Position numbers and translations under genes: made by a program
Assembly (NCBI GenBank): GCA_965200245.1
Contig: CBDATS010000004.1
Coordinates: 1,248,001-1,312,000, forward strand
Source: a bacterium
Lineage (GTDB): Bacteria; UBA8248
Direction: 5' to 3'
DNA length: 64,000 nucleotides
Shown: piece by piece, positions 55,158 through 64,000 of the stretch
Layout: every line of letters begins with the position of its first letter
How positions within the stretch are numbered: position 1 is the stretch's first letter
The notes under the pieces: model-generated
Database searches by the model: none
What the model was told of the DNA's origin: nothing
What the model saw: the letters and a program-made list of their open reading frames with translations, nothing else

Positions 55158-56104
55158 TTTCCCATCTCCGGAATCAGTTCTTCCGCCAGCAGCGCCATCT
55201 GATCCATCTCTTCATCGGCGGGCCCCGCGTGCTTGAAGATGAAATGTGTGGCTCCTGCTTCCTGAAACGCCGCTATCTGTTCCATGCAACGCTCGCTCGG
55301 CCCATAGAATAAATACTTTTGGGCGATGCCGTCAAAATCCATGTTGTAGCGCTTGGAGAGATTCCTGATGCCCTCGCGCAGGGCATGTTCGGTATCCTCG
55401 TGAACGTAGATGAACGCATGGTGCGCGGGCACCCACGTGCCGCCTTCGATATCAAGAGGCGTGCCCGCTTCTTCCGCCCATCGCTTCATGTCTTCAAGCC
55501 CCTTGGCGAAGCGCGGAGCCGAAAACATGTAGGAGACGTAACCGTCACAGTGAAGGGCCGCCCTTTTCCGGGCGGCGTCGCTTCGGCCACCCACCCAGAT
55601 GGGGGGTCCCCCGGGCGTGAGCGGGGCCGGGGTCTGGCGTGCACCGGTAAAGCGCCAAAAGCGCCCCTCGTGGCTCACCGCCTCGCCACTCCAGAGTTTT
55701 CGCACGATCTCGATGGACTCATCCGTCCGCGCGCCGCGCTCTTTCACGGGCACGCCGCAAAGTTCGAATTCGGTTTTTCCCTCGCCGCCCACGCCGACGC
55801 CGAAAACGAAACGGCCTCCGCCCGTGAGGTAATCCACCGTGGCCGCGGTCTTGGCGGCGATGGCGGGTCTTCTGAGAGGCAGTAGATAGACGCCGGTGCC
55901 CAGCGTGATGCGGCTGGTGCGCGCAGCGAAGGCGGCCAGCGTGGTAAGACTCTCGGTGTAATGGCCATTGAAGGAGATATGATCGCCTATCCACAGGGAA
56001 TCGTAGCCGAGCGCTTCGGCTGCTTCCGCGAACGCATACGTCTCCCCGGGCGTATAGATGCGTTCCGGGTGCATACCGAAGCTGACGCCGAATCTCGTTT
56101 TTAT
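55154..56104 (-). CDS. LLM-class (luciferase-like) flavin-dependent oxidoreductase; start codon uncertain
   Basis: AE.LGYDSLWIGDH, AART.RITLGTGV, P.IWVGG; SD GAGGAGG 6 nt before ATA-AAA-ACG-AGA-TTC-GGC. Confidence 0.85.
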   Translation of the reverse strand: MKTRFGVSFGMHPERIYTPGETYAFAEAAEALGYDSLWIGDHISFNGHYTESLTTLAAFAARTSRITLGTGVYLLPLRRPAIAAKTAATVDYLTGGGRFVFGVGVGGEGKTEFELCGVPVKERGARTDESIEIVRKLWSGEAVSHEGRFWRFTGARQTPAPLTPGGPPIWVGGRSDAARKRAALHCDGYVSYMFSAPRFAKGLEDMKRWAEEAGTPLDIEGGTWVPAHHAFIYVHEDTEHALREGIRNLSKRYNMDFDGIAQKYLFYGPSERCMEQIAAFQEAGATHFIFKHAGPADEEMDQMALLAEELIPEMGN

Positions 56105-56340
56105 CTCCAGCCTCCTCTCGCTCGTGATTGCGGCGCATCCGGCCCCATGCGAGGCTCTGTGGAAATTAAAGCACACGCCTGTTCGGGTCAATTCGCTCGC
56201 CCGAAGTGCCGCAGCGCGAGTGGTTCTTTGCAGAATGTCTCGTATTCCCGATATGTTTTGACAGTCTCGATTCGCGACCTTACTATCCCCTTTGTCGCTG
56301 GCCTCATCTTTTCGTATCGTTTTCCTGAAGGGAGTTTTCC

Positions 56341-57654
56341 GTGGTTGAGATAAGGGCGTTTCACGCGCTGAGATATGCGAATATTGCACCTGAAGAAATG
56401 GGAGAGGTCTCCTCTCCGCCGTACGACGTTTTTACGCCCGCGATCAGACGTTCATTCTATGAACGCCACCCCCTGAACATCGTACGGCTGATTCAGGGCG
56501 AAATCCTGGAGGGTGAAGAAGAGGACGCGGGCCGCGTGGGGCGCGCGGTGGAGTATCTCAGGAACTGGCGCGCGAACAGGGATATGGTCTTGGACAATAC
56601 GCCCGCACTCTATCCCTACCGCCAGCGCTTTGCGCTGCCCGATGGAACGCATCTGGAACGGAACGCATTTTTTGCGGCGGTGAAACTGGAGCCCTACGGC
56701 GAGGGTGAAATTCATCCCCACGAGCAGACCTTCCCGAAGCCCAAGGACTACCTGTTCGATCTGTGGGGCAGGAGCGGTGCGCATCTGGGGCCGATATTCG
56801 GTTTTTACGACGAATCCCGGCAAACGGCGAACAACGCCCTGAAGAGTGCGGACAAGGGCGTTCCCATCGCCGATTTCGAGGATGACGGTGTGCGCCACAC
56901 CTTGTGGCGATGCAATGATCCGGAGGTCATCGCGCGCGCACAGGAATCGCTCGTCGGCAGGGAAGTGTTCATTGCCGACGGCCATCACCGCTACGAAACG
57001 TCCCTGAACTTGCGGGACGCCGCCCGCGCGGATGGTGCGCCCGTGGGGGGCGAAGCGGATTACACGCTCATGTGCCTGGCCAACGCCGCGGATCCGGGCA
57101 TGGTGATCCTTCCCACCCACAGACTCCTCAAGAAGGTCTCCGCGACGACGGAAGAGGCTCTGGCGACGCTTGCCGGGAAATACGATATCCTCGAAGAGCC
57201 GGCGCCCGAGGCCGGCACGGGAGGCTTGGCGACCGAGCGTCTGACCGCCTTGTGCGAGGAAAACGGGGGAGCCAGCGTGTATTGTCTTTATGACGGTGGT
57301 GCGAGTGTCCGCTATCTCATCGGCAGGCATGCCACCGTGACCGCCTCCGTAGATGAGGCCGTCGCCGCGCTCGACGTGAGCCGCCTGCATGCGGATATCG
57401 TGGATTGCGCGTTCAAGGCCTCTCACGAGGAAGAGGACATCGCTTTCACGCCCGACCCGGAAATTGCGCTCTCCTCCGCGAGAAGCGGTGAGTGCACGGC
57501 AGCCCTTTTGCTGAATCCCACGCCCATCGAGTCGGTGTGCGAGATCGCGAAGGCGGGTGGCAAAATGCCGCACAAATCCACGTATTTCTACCCCAAGATA
57601 CGCACGGGCCTCGTCGTTCACGCTTTCGCTCCCCCGGCGGGGGACGCATCCTGA
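56341..57654 (+). CDS. DUF1015 family protein
   Basis: SPPYDV, PHEQT, IADGHHRY, PTHR, MPHKSTYFYPK. Confidence 0.9.
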   Translation: MVEIRAFHALRYANIAPEEMGEVSSPPYDVFTPAIRRSFYERHPLNIVRLIQGEILEGEEEDAGRVGRAVEYLRNWRANRDMVLDNTPALYPYRQRFALPDGTHLERNAFFAAVKLEPYGEGEIHPHEQTFPKPKDYLFDLWGRSGAHLGPIFGFYDESRQTANNALKSADKGVPIADFEDDGVRHTLWRCNDPEVIARAQESLVGREVFIADGHHRYETSLNLRDAARADGAPVGGEADYTLMCLANAADPGMVILPTHRLLKKVSATTEEALATLAGKYDILEEPAPEAGTGGLATERLTALCEENGGASVYCLYDGGASVRYLIGRHATVTASVDEAVAALDVSRLHADIVDCAFKASHEEEDIAFTPDPEIALSSARSGECTAALLLNPTPIESVCEIAKAGGKMPHKSTYFYPKIRTGLVVHAFAPPAGDAS

Positions 57655-57664
57655 CGTTTGCGAC

Positions 57665-58291
57665 ATGAGAATCCAAAGCGCGCGGTTCATCAAAAGCGCC
57701 GCCGGGCGTTCGGGCTGGCCGAGGGCGGATCTGCCTGAGATCGCCTTCGCCGGTAGGAGCAACGTGGGCAAATCCTCGCTCATCAATTTCCTGACCAACC
57801 GCAAGAGCCTCGCTAGGACGAGCGCGACGCCGGGCAAGACGCAGCTCGTCAATTTCTTCGGTGTAGACAACCTCTTCAACCTCGTGGACTTGCCGGGCTA
57901 CGGTTACGCGCGGGTGCCGCTCGTCGAGAAGGCTCGATGGCAACCCATGATCGAGACCTATCTCGAACATCGCGAGACACTCCAGGGCGTGGTGGTGCTC
58001 ATTGATTCGCGCCGGGGGGCACGCGAAATGGACCTGCACTTGCTCGAATGGCTCGCGGCGGTGAACCTGCCTGCGTGTCTGGTGCTCACCAAGGCGGACA
58101 AACTGAAACAAAACGAGCGCAAAGGTGCCCTGGGCATGCTCGTCAAGACCATGATGGGCGAAAGCGAACTGTACGGACGTTGGTCCGGACCGATACTTTG
58201 CAGCGCGAACACGGGGCTGGGTAAGCGGGAAATCATTGCGCAGATGGCCGAGTGGCTTGGCGAGCCGCCCCGCGACGCGCCCGCCGCCTGA
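57665..58291 (+). CDS. engB: Ribosome biogenesis GTPase EngB/YihA/YsxC
   Basis: PEIAFAGRSNVGKSSLIN, PGKTQ, DLPGYGY, TKADK. Confidence 0.95.
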   Translation: MRIQSARFIKSAAGRSGWPRADLPEIAFAGRSNVGKSSLINFLTNRKSLARTSATPGKTQLVNFFGVDNLFNLVDLPGYGYARVPLVEKARWQPMIETYLEHRETLQGVVVLIDSRRGAREMDLHLLEWLAAVNLPACLVLTKADKLKQNERKGALGMLVKTMMGESELYGRWSGPILCSANTGLGKREIIAQMAEWLGEPPRDAPAA

Positions 58292-58406
58292 ATTTCAAGA
58301 GGAGAATTCTCGCAGCATGCGTGCATATCTGCTAGAGTGGGCCATAGACCGCCTGAAAGAGCGTTCCGAGAAGAAAACATACCTTCGCGCAACAAATCGA
58401 CCGAGG

Positions 58407-59417
58407 ATGAGCGTGCCGGAAAAGAAAAAAGCGTCTCCCAGGACAGCCGTGAAAAAGAAAGCGACGAAGCCCAGGGCTGATGTACGCGGCTGGGCACCGG
58501 GGGTTCCGAAGGAAAAACCGAAGGGCAGAACCTATGACGGCCCCTTGAATGTGAACGCGAAACCCAGGCGGGCGGACAGGATTTTCTTCGGCACGGGCGG
58601 GGTTCCGCACTCCGCCAAACCGCAGACCCACCCGGAAGCGGTGCGCAGGCTTCACGAACTGGATCTCGGCGTCTACGAGATGGAGTTCGTCCACGGCGTT
58701 CGCATCCGCGAACAAACCTGTGATGAGGTGCGTGATGCCCAGGCCGATACGGGCGTTCAGGTTACCGCGCACGGACCCTACTACGTGAACCTCTATTCGC
58801 TTGAAGAAGAAAAGGTGACGGCGAGCCGAAAGCGCGTGCTCGACACCGCGCGTGCCTTGGCGAAGTGTGGGGGAAACGGTGCGTGTTTCCACCCGGGTTT
58901 CTATCAGAAACGGGACCCGAAAGAAGTATACGACTTCATCAGCAGCCAGATTGGAGAACTCGCCGACATCCTGGAGGAGGAGGGCTGTCCGGTTCGCCTG
59001 GATCCCGAGACGACGGGCAAGGGCACGCAGTTCGGATCGCTTGAGGAGGTCGCCGATATGGGGGGTGCTCTCAAGGGCAAGAATGTCGGTTTCACGATAG
59101 ATTTCGCCCACATTCACGCGCGGTCGGCCGGTGCGCACAACACGTATGATGAGTTCGGGGCGCAGCTGGAGCTTCTCAGGAACAGGATGGGCGACGGTGC
59201 GCTCAGGGACATGCACATCCACCTTTCGGGCATCGCGTATTCGGACAAGGGCGAGGCGCATCACCTGGAACTCGACGAGTCGGACATGAATTACCCTGAT
59301 CTTTTCCGCGCGCTCATCGATTTCGGCGTGGAGGGCTGGGTGGTGTGCGAGAGTCCGGCGCTCGAATACGACGCGCTTATCATGCAGAAAGCCTACAGAA
59401 AGCTGAACGGCGGCTAG
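58407..59417 (+). CDS. Endonuclease IV-like TIM-barrel protein with Lys-rich N-terminal extension
   Basis: EMEFV.GV, AHGPYYVNL, FHPG, PETTGK..QFG, DFAH.HAR, HIH.SGI, H, CESP. Confidence 0.85.
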   Translation: MSVPEKKKASPRTAVKKKATKPRADVRGWAPGVPKEKPKGRTYDGPLNVNAKPRRADRIFFGTGGVPHSAKPQTHPEAVRRLHELDLGVYEMEFVHGVRIREQTCDEVRDAQADTGVQVTAHGPYYVNLYSLEEEKVTASRKRVLDTARALAKCGGNGACFHPGFYQKRDPKEVYDFISSQIGELADILEEEGCPVRLDPETTGKGTQFGSLEEVADMGGALKGKNVGFTIDFAHIHARSAGAHNTYDEFGAQLELLRNRMGDGALRDMHIHLSGIAYSDKGEAHHLELDESDMNYPDLFRALIDFGVEGWVVCESPALEYDALIMQKAYRKLNGG

Positions 59418-59470
59418 CCCGCGCGACAGGAATTCCCCTCTCACGTCCGGTTCGACGAAGGAGCAGATTC

Positions 59471-60841
59471 ATGACGATTGTGGAGCAAATGGCGGCGATG
59501 GCAGCGAACAGCAGTTTCGATGACCTCTCGGGCGAAATGCGCTCGCAGATAAAAACCTTGATGGTCGACACCATCGGCTGTGCCATCGGCTCGCTGGGCG
59601 AAGGTCCTGTCCGCTATCTGCGTGAACAGGCGGATGATTTTGGCGGTGCGGCACTCTGCACACTCATCGGTGGTAGCAAGACGGCGCCCGACGCCGCCGC
59701 GTTCTACAACACCTCACTCATCCGCTATCTCGATTTCAACGACGGCTTCATGGGAAAACTCGCCACCTCGCACCCGAGCGACAACACGGGCGCCGTGATG
59801 GCGGCGGCCGAGTACGCCGACGCGAGCGGAGCGGAATTCATGACGGCGCTTGCTCTTTCGTATGAAGTGCAGTGCCGCCTATGCGACAGGGCACCCTATG
59901 AGAAAAGAGGCTTCGACCAGCCAATGGCGGGTGCCTACGCCGTGGCGGCGGGCGCTTCGCGCGCCCTGGGGCTGGACGCCGGGAAGACGGCGAACGCCAT
60001 CGCGCTGAGCGGCGTACGCCAGAACCCCCTGCTCATCACGCGCACGGGCGAACTCTCCCACTGGAAGGGTTTTGCCTACGCGGCGGGCGGGCACAGCGGG
60101 GTGCACTCGACGTTTCTTGCCATGCGCGGAGTGACGGGGCCGCTCCTGCTGATGGAAGGCCCTCTGGGCGTTTTCGAGTCCGTGACGGGAGAATTCGATG
60201 TCGACTGGTCCGACACTTCCCTGAACAAGATGCTCGAGATCAGCGTGAAGCGATACAACGCAGGGCTTCATTCCCAGACGGCCATCGAGGGCGTGATCGA
60301 CATGAAACGGGAACACGGCTTTGCGCCCGGGGACATCGAGGACGTCGAAATCGGAATCTATGAGCGAGCCTACTTCATCATGGGCGAGGGCAAGGCGGGT
60401 GCGCGCGAGCACGTGCTGAACAAGGAGACGGCGGATCACAGCTTGCCCTACGTGGTTTCCGCCGCCATCATTGACGAACAGGTCCTTCCTGCACAGTACG
60501 AGGAAGAGAGAATACGCGCAGACGATGTGCAGACGCTGTTAAGGAAAGTACGTACCACCAACTCCGATGAGATGACGGCCAGGTACCCTGCGCAGTCGCC
60601 CGTGCTCATCACCATCACGCTCAGGGACGGGACGGTCCATAAACTGGACAAGCCCACCTGGGAGGGACATTTCTCCACACCGATGAACTGGTCCACGGTG
60701 AACGGGAAGTTCGAGGCCTTGAGCGATGCACACACGGACACCGCATTGCGCGGGGAGATTGTGGACGCCGTATCGAGACTCGATTCGATCCGGATAAGGG
60801 ATCTGACAGCCCTGCTCGAGCGGGTGAACACGCCCGGATAA
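59471..60841 (+). CDS. MmgE/PrpD family protein (2-methylcitrate dehydratase-like)
   Basis: RYLDFND, HPSDN, LSHWKG, ETADHSLPY. Confidence 0.9.
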   Translation: MTIVEQMAAMAANSSFDDLSGEMRSQIKTLMVDTIGCAIGSLGEGPVRYLREQADDFGGAALCTLIGGSKTAPDAAAFYNTSLIRYLDFNDGFMGKLATSHPSDNTGAVMAAAEYADASGAEFMTALALSYEVQCRLCDRAPYEKRGFDQPMAGAYAVAAGASRALGLDAGKTANAIALSGVRQNPLLITRTGELSHWKGFAYAAGGHSGVHSTFLAMRGVTGPLLLMEGPLGVFESVTGEFDVDWSDTSLNKMLEISVKRYNAGLHSQTAIEGVIDMKREHGFAPGDIEDVEIGIYERAYFIMGEGKAGAREHVLNKETADHSLPYVVSAAIIDEQVLPAQYEEERIRADDVQTLLRKVRTTNSDEMTARYPAQSPVLITITLRDGTVHKLDKPTWEGHFSTPMNWSTVNGKFEALSDAHTDTALRGEIVDAVSRLDSIRIRDLTALLERVNTPG

Positions 60842-60926
60842 CGAAAGGCACTGCCGGGATCGATATGGATAATGCTGCGCGCTCGAAAGCCCGGGCGACG
60901 CATGCCGGTTTCAGGGGAGGTTTGAG

Positions 60927-61172
60927 ATGACCGAATTGGAAGTGACGGTCTATTCGTCAACGTTCTGAGCGCCGTGCAAGGCGGTGAAAGAGTTTCTTTT
61001 CCATCATGATGTGGCGTATACGGAAAAACTCGTGGATCAGGACGAAGAAGCACTGGAAGAACTGTTCCAGAGGGCGAACATGCGGGCCACGCCCGTTGTT
61101 TTCGTCGGAGAGGAGAAAGTGGTCGGTTTCGACAGGGCGAAGCTCGAAGCGCTTCTGGGGCTCGCTGCCTGA
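60927..61172 (+). CDS. Glutaredoxin/NrdH-like selenoprotein (UAPC)
   Basis: SD GGGGAGG, ATG 60927: MTELEVTVYSSTF-TGA-APCKAVKEFL...ATPVVFVGEEKVVGFD; TGA (60966-60968) at the first Cys of CxxC. Confidence 0.85.
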
Positions 61173-61308
61173 GCGGGATGCGCGTGGTACCCCTGTGCCG
61201 CTTCTTCAAAACGAGATGACCCTGAAGGGAACTTGCGCTGGCGTGATCGGTTCGTCATTCGATGTTACATTGTATATAATCCATTTCCCCTAGTTCTGGA
61301 GATTCGAA

Positions 61309-62262
61309 GTGGCTGAGCGTGATTTTGACATCATCATCATAGGGGCGGGACCAGCCGGTCTGACGGCGGGGCTGTATACGGCACGCTCGAAACTGAACGT
61401 GGTGTGTTATGAAAAGCTCGCCCCGGGCGGTGAGATTCTCAACACCGAGCACGTGGAAGACTACCCGGGCTTCGAGTTGGTCGGCGGCCAGGAACTTGCG
61501 GCCAAGTTCACCGAACACGCCATGAAATTCGGCTTGAAAATCGAGATGGAAGAGGTCACCGAAGTTCGCAAGGACGGGGATGATTTCATCGTCACGACCG
61601 ACATGGGCGAACGTCGCTGCGGGGCGGTGATCTACACCCCCGGCGGGTACCCGAGAAAGCTCGGCATTCCGGGCGAGGAGAAATACGCGGGCAAGGGTGT
61701 AAGCTACTGCGCGCTTTGCGACGGCGCGTTCTTCCAGGATGAGGTCATCACCGTAATCGGCGGCGGGAACAGCGCAGTGGAAGAGGGGCAGTTTCTCACG
61801 AAGTATGGTACGAAGGTCTACATCATCCACCGGCGCGATCAATTCCGTGCCCATGCAGTGTTGGTGGACAAGATTCGCGAGAACCCGAAAGTCGAAATCA
61901 TTACCGACTACGTGCCCGAAGAAGTCATCGGCGATGATCGGGAGATGAAGAAGCTGCGCATCCGGAACGTCAAAACCGACGAGACGCAAGAGATCGATGC
62001 CACGGGCCTTTTTGTATTCATCGGTTTCATTCCGAACACGGATTTGATAAAAGATCCTGTGGGAAAGGACGAGGCTGGCTTCATCCTCACGGACCAGAAC
62101 ATGGAAACGAACGTGCCGGGCCTGTTCGTGGCCGGTGATTGCAGAAGCCAGTTGATTCGTCAGATCACCAACGCGTCAGGCGACGCAACGACGGCGGCGG
62201 TGGCGGCCGAAAAATATCTCGAGGCCCAGGAAGAGGCCAAAAAGGCCGCGGCGGTTTCATAG
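61309..62262 (+). CDS. trxB: Thioredoxin-disulfide reductase
   Basis: GAGPAGLTA, GKGVSYCALCDG, GGGNSAVEE, HRRD, GLFVAGD. Confidence 0.95.
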   Translation: MAERDFDIIIIGAGPAGLTAGLYTARSKLNVVCYEKLAPGGEILNTEHVEDYPGFELVGGQELAAKFTEHAMKFGLKIEMEEVTEVRKDGDDFIVTTDMGERRCGAVIYTPGGYPRKLGIPGEEKYAGKGVSYCALCDGAFFQDEVITVIGGGNSAVEEGQFLTKYGTKVYIIHRRDQFRAHAVLVDKIRENPKVEIITDYVPEEVIGDDREMKKLRIRNVKTDETQEIDATGLFVFIGFIPNTDLIKDPVGKDEAGFILTDQNMETNVPGLFVAGDCRSQLIRQITNASGDATTAAVAAEKYLEAQEEAKKAAAVS

Positions 62263-62284
62263 AGTTCAAGTCGAGGAGAGGGAA

Positions 62285-62833
62285 ATGGCATTCACCAGAG
62301 GGATTCAGAAATTCTTTCTCTGGGACATCGTGAAGGGCATGTCCGCCACGTTGCGGCATATGTTCAAAAAACCCGTCACGCTGCAATATCCGACCGAGCG
62401 CTGGGAGCCGCCCGAGCGTTTTCGCGGATTTCTGGGTCTGACGCGCGACTTCAAGACAGGCGAGGAACTCTGCATCGGCTGCCTGAACTGCGAGAAAGCC
62501 TGTCCGGTCGACTGCATCACCATAGTCACGGCGGGCAAGGGCCGCGAGATGTATGCCAAGGAGTTCTATATCGACTACATGCGCTGCATGTATTGCGGGC
62601 TTTGCACCGAGGCGTGTCCCACGACGCCCAAATCCATCGTTCACACCCACCAGTACGAGACGACCGGATATTTCCGTGACGATCTCGTTTACGAAAAAGA
62701 GCGCCTCTACGACGTCTGGGAGAAAGAGGTGAACTACACCGGCCCCAGGCCCTGGGGCAAGCTGTTCGGTCTCAGGAACCAGGAGACAGACATGCGGCCC
62801 GAATCTCCTGCCGAGACGGCATCCGCCGAATAG
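62285..62833 (+). CDS. NuoI-like 2x[4Fe-4S] protein (orphan complex I subunit I homologue)
   Basis: VTLQYP.E....ERFRG, CIGCLNCEKACP, CMYCGLCTEACP. Confidence 0.85.
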   Translation: MAFTRGIQKFFLWDIVKGMSATLRHMFKKPVTLQYPTERWEPPERFRGFLGLTRDFKTGEELCIGCLNCEKACPVDCITIVTAGKGREMYAKEFYIDYMRCMYCGLCTEACPTTPKSIVHTHQYETTGYFRDDLVYEKERLYDVWEKEVNYTGPRPWGKLFGLRNQETDMRPESPAETASAE

Positions 62834-62858
62834 CGGGTTTCTCCGGCGGAGTTCACCC

Positions 62859-64000
62859 TTGAGTCTTTTCACCGCTGATTTCGGTGACATCCGCTCGGGC
62901 AAGGTGGCGGACGTCTACTTCGAACGGACACTGCGGATTCTCGAGGCAAAGGACATCCGAAAAAACGTGCGCGCGGAATTCGCCGCCAAGTCGCTTCCTT
63001 CCGGCTGGGGCGTGTTCACGGGCCTGGAGGAAATCCTGCGCCTTCTCGAAGGATTCCCCGTAGACGTTCGCGCTGTGCCTGAGGGAACGGTTTTCCGGCC
63101 CTCCCAACCGGTTCTCGAGATTACGGGAACCTATAACGATTTTTGCAGGCTGGAGACCTCGGTCCTGGGGCTGATGTGCCAGGCGAGCGGAATCGCCACC
63201 AAGGCGGCGCGGTGCCGCATCGCAGCGGAGGGCAGGCAACTCGTAAGCTTCGGCGCGCGGAGGATGCACCCCGCGATCGCGCCGATGGTCGAGCGCGCGG
63301 CCTACGTTGGCGGCTGTGACGGTGTCGCCCTTGTCAGGGGAGCCGAGCTTCTCGAGATTCCGGCGGCGGGTACGATGCCCCACGCACTGGTGATTCTCCT
63401 GGGCGGCCTCGTGTCCGCGGCGAGGGCGTTCGATGAGGTTATCGAGCCGGAGGTGGGCCGCGTCGCGCTCGTGGACACGTTCGCCGATGAGCGGTTCGAG
63501 GCCTTGGCGGCAGCGCGCGCGCTGACAGACAGGCTCTCCGCCGTGCGCGTGGACACGCCGGCATCGAGGCGGGGAAACCTGCGCGAGATATTGGAAGAAA
63601 TCCGCTGGGAACTCGACCGGGCGGGTTTCCCGCATGTGAAGCTCTTTGTGAGCGGGGGGCTGGACGAGGAGAAGATTCTCGAACTCAACCCCGTGGTGGA
63701 CGGCGGCTACGGGGTGGGAACTTCCGTCAGCGCCGCTGCCACGATCGATTTCTCGATGGACATCGTCGAAGTGGATGGCGAGGCTATCGCCAAGCGCGGC
63801 AAACACCCCGGTGCAAAACACCTGCTGCGCTGCCGTGACTGCGGAGAGGAGCGTGTCATCCCCATCGACAGACCTTACGGGGATTGCGAATCCTGCGGCG
63901 GGGTGATGGAACAACTCCTCGCCAACGTCATGACGGGCGGCGACCGGACAGATGATGCGCCTTCGGCCAGGGAGATCAGAAGCTGCGTTTTGCGCCAGAT
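62859..64000 (+). CDS. pncB: Nicotinate phosphoribosyltransferase (partial; runs off window)
   Basis: Read manually: DVYFERT, SFGARRMHP, GTMPH, LVDTF, VRVDTP, VSGGLDE, GVGT; missing from the ORF track because there is no stop in the window. Confidence 0.85.
   Translation, partial: MSLFTADFGDIRSGKVADVYFERTLRILEAKDIRKNVRAEFAAKSLPSGWGVFTGLEEILRLLEGFPVDVRAVPEGTVFRPSQPVLEITGTYNDFCRLETSVLGLMCQASGIATKAARCRIAAEGRQLVSFGARRMHPAIAPMVERAAYVGGCDGVALVRGAELLEIPAAGTMPHALVILLGGLVSAARAFDEVIEPEVGRVALVDTFADERFEALAAARALTDRLSAVRVDTPASRRGNLREILEEIRWELDRAGFPHVKLFVSGGLDEEKILELNPVVDGGYGVGTSVSAAATIDFSMDIVEVDGEAIAKRGKHPGAKHLLRCRDCGEERVIPIDRPYGDCESCGGVMEQLLANVMTGGDRTDDAPSAREIRSCVLRQ

Noticed and set aside
62853-63914. 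353-aa minus-strand ORF
   Set aside because: Shadow of the plus-strand pncB gene, which has clear family motifs

Overview
This is the chromosomal replication-origin region of a high-GC bacterium; the lineage cannot be fixed from the sequence. The core layout is bactofilin-parB-parA-(2 parS)-mnmG-mnmE ... yidC-yidD-rnpA-rpmH <-> dnaA-(oriC-like gap)-recF-gyrB-(cytochrome c')-gyrA. The usual neighbours dnaN, rsmG and jag are absent from their canonical slots. An AT-richer island at about 600-3600 holds a twice-frameshifted DNA methyltransferase/Mrr-nuclease fusion and two other broken genes. A ~10 kb accessory block between mnmE and yidC carries a glycine-betaine ABC transporter, GalT, a CapA-family gene, tandem SDRs, a methyltransferase and an unusual frameshifted FliG_C + 2x MotA-cytoplasmic-domain fusion. 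The right half has truD, mutY, a complete isc/hsc operon, CoA-transferase genes, rsmI, MFS, HDAC, engB, an endonuclease IV-like gene, MmgE/PrpD, trxB, an orphan nuoI and pncB. The ORF track truncates two probable selenoproteins with in-frame TGA in UxxC motifs: a signal-peptide thioredoxin (17369-17764) and a glutaredoxin/NrdH-like redoxin upstream of trxB (60927-61172). I recognised no rRNA, tRNA or CRISPR array. All family calls come from motif recognition by eye, not database searches.
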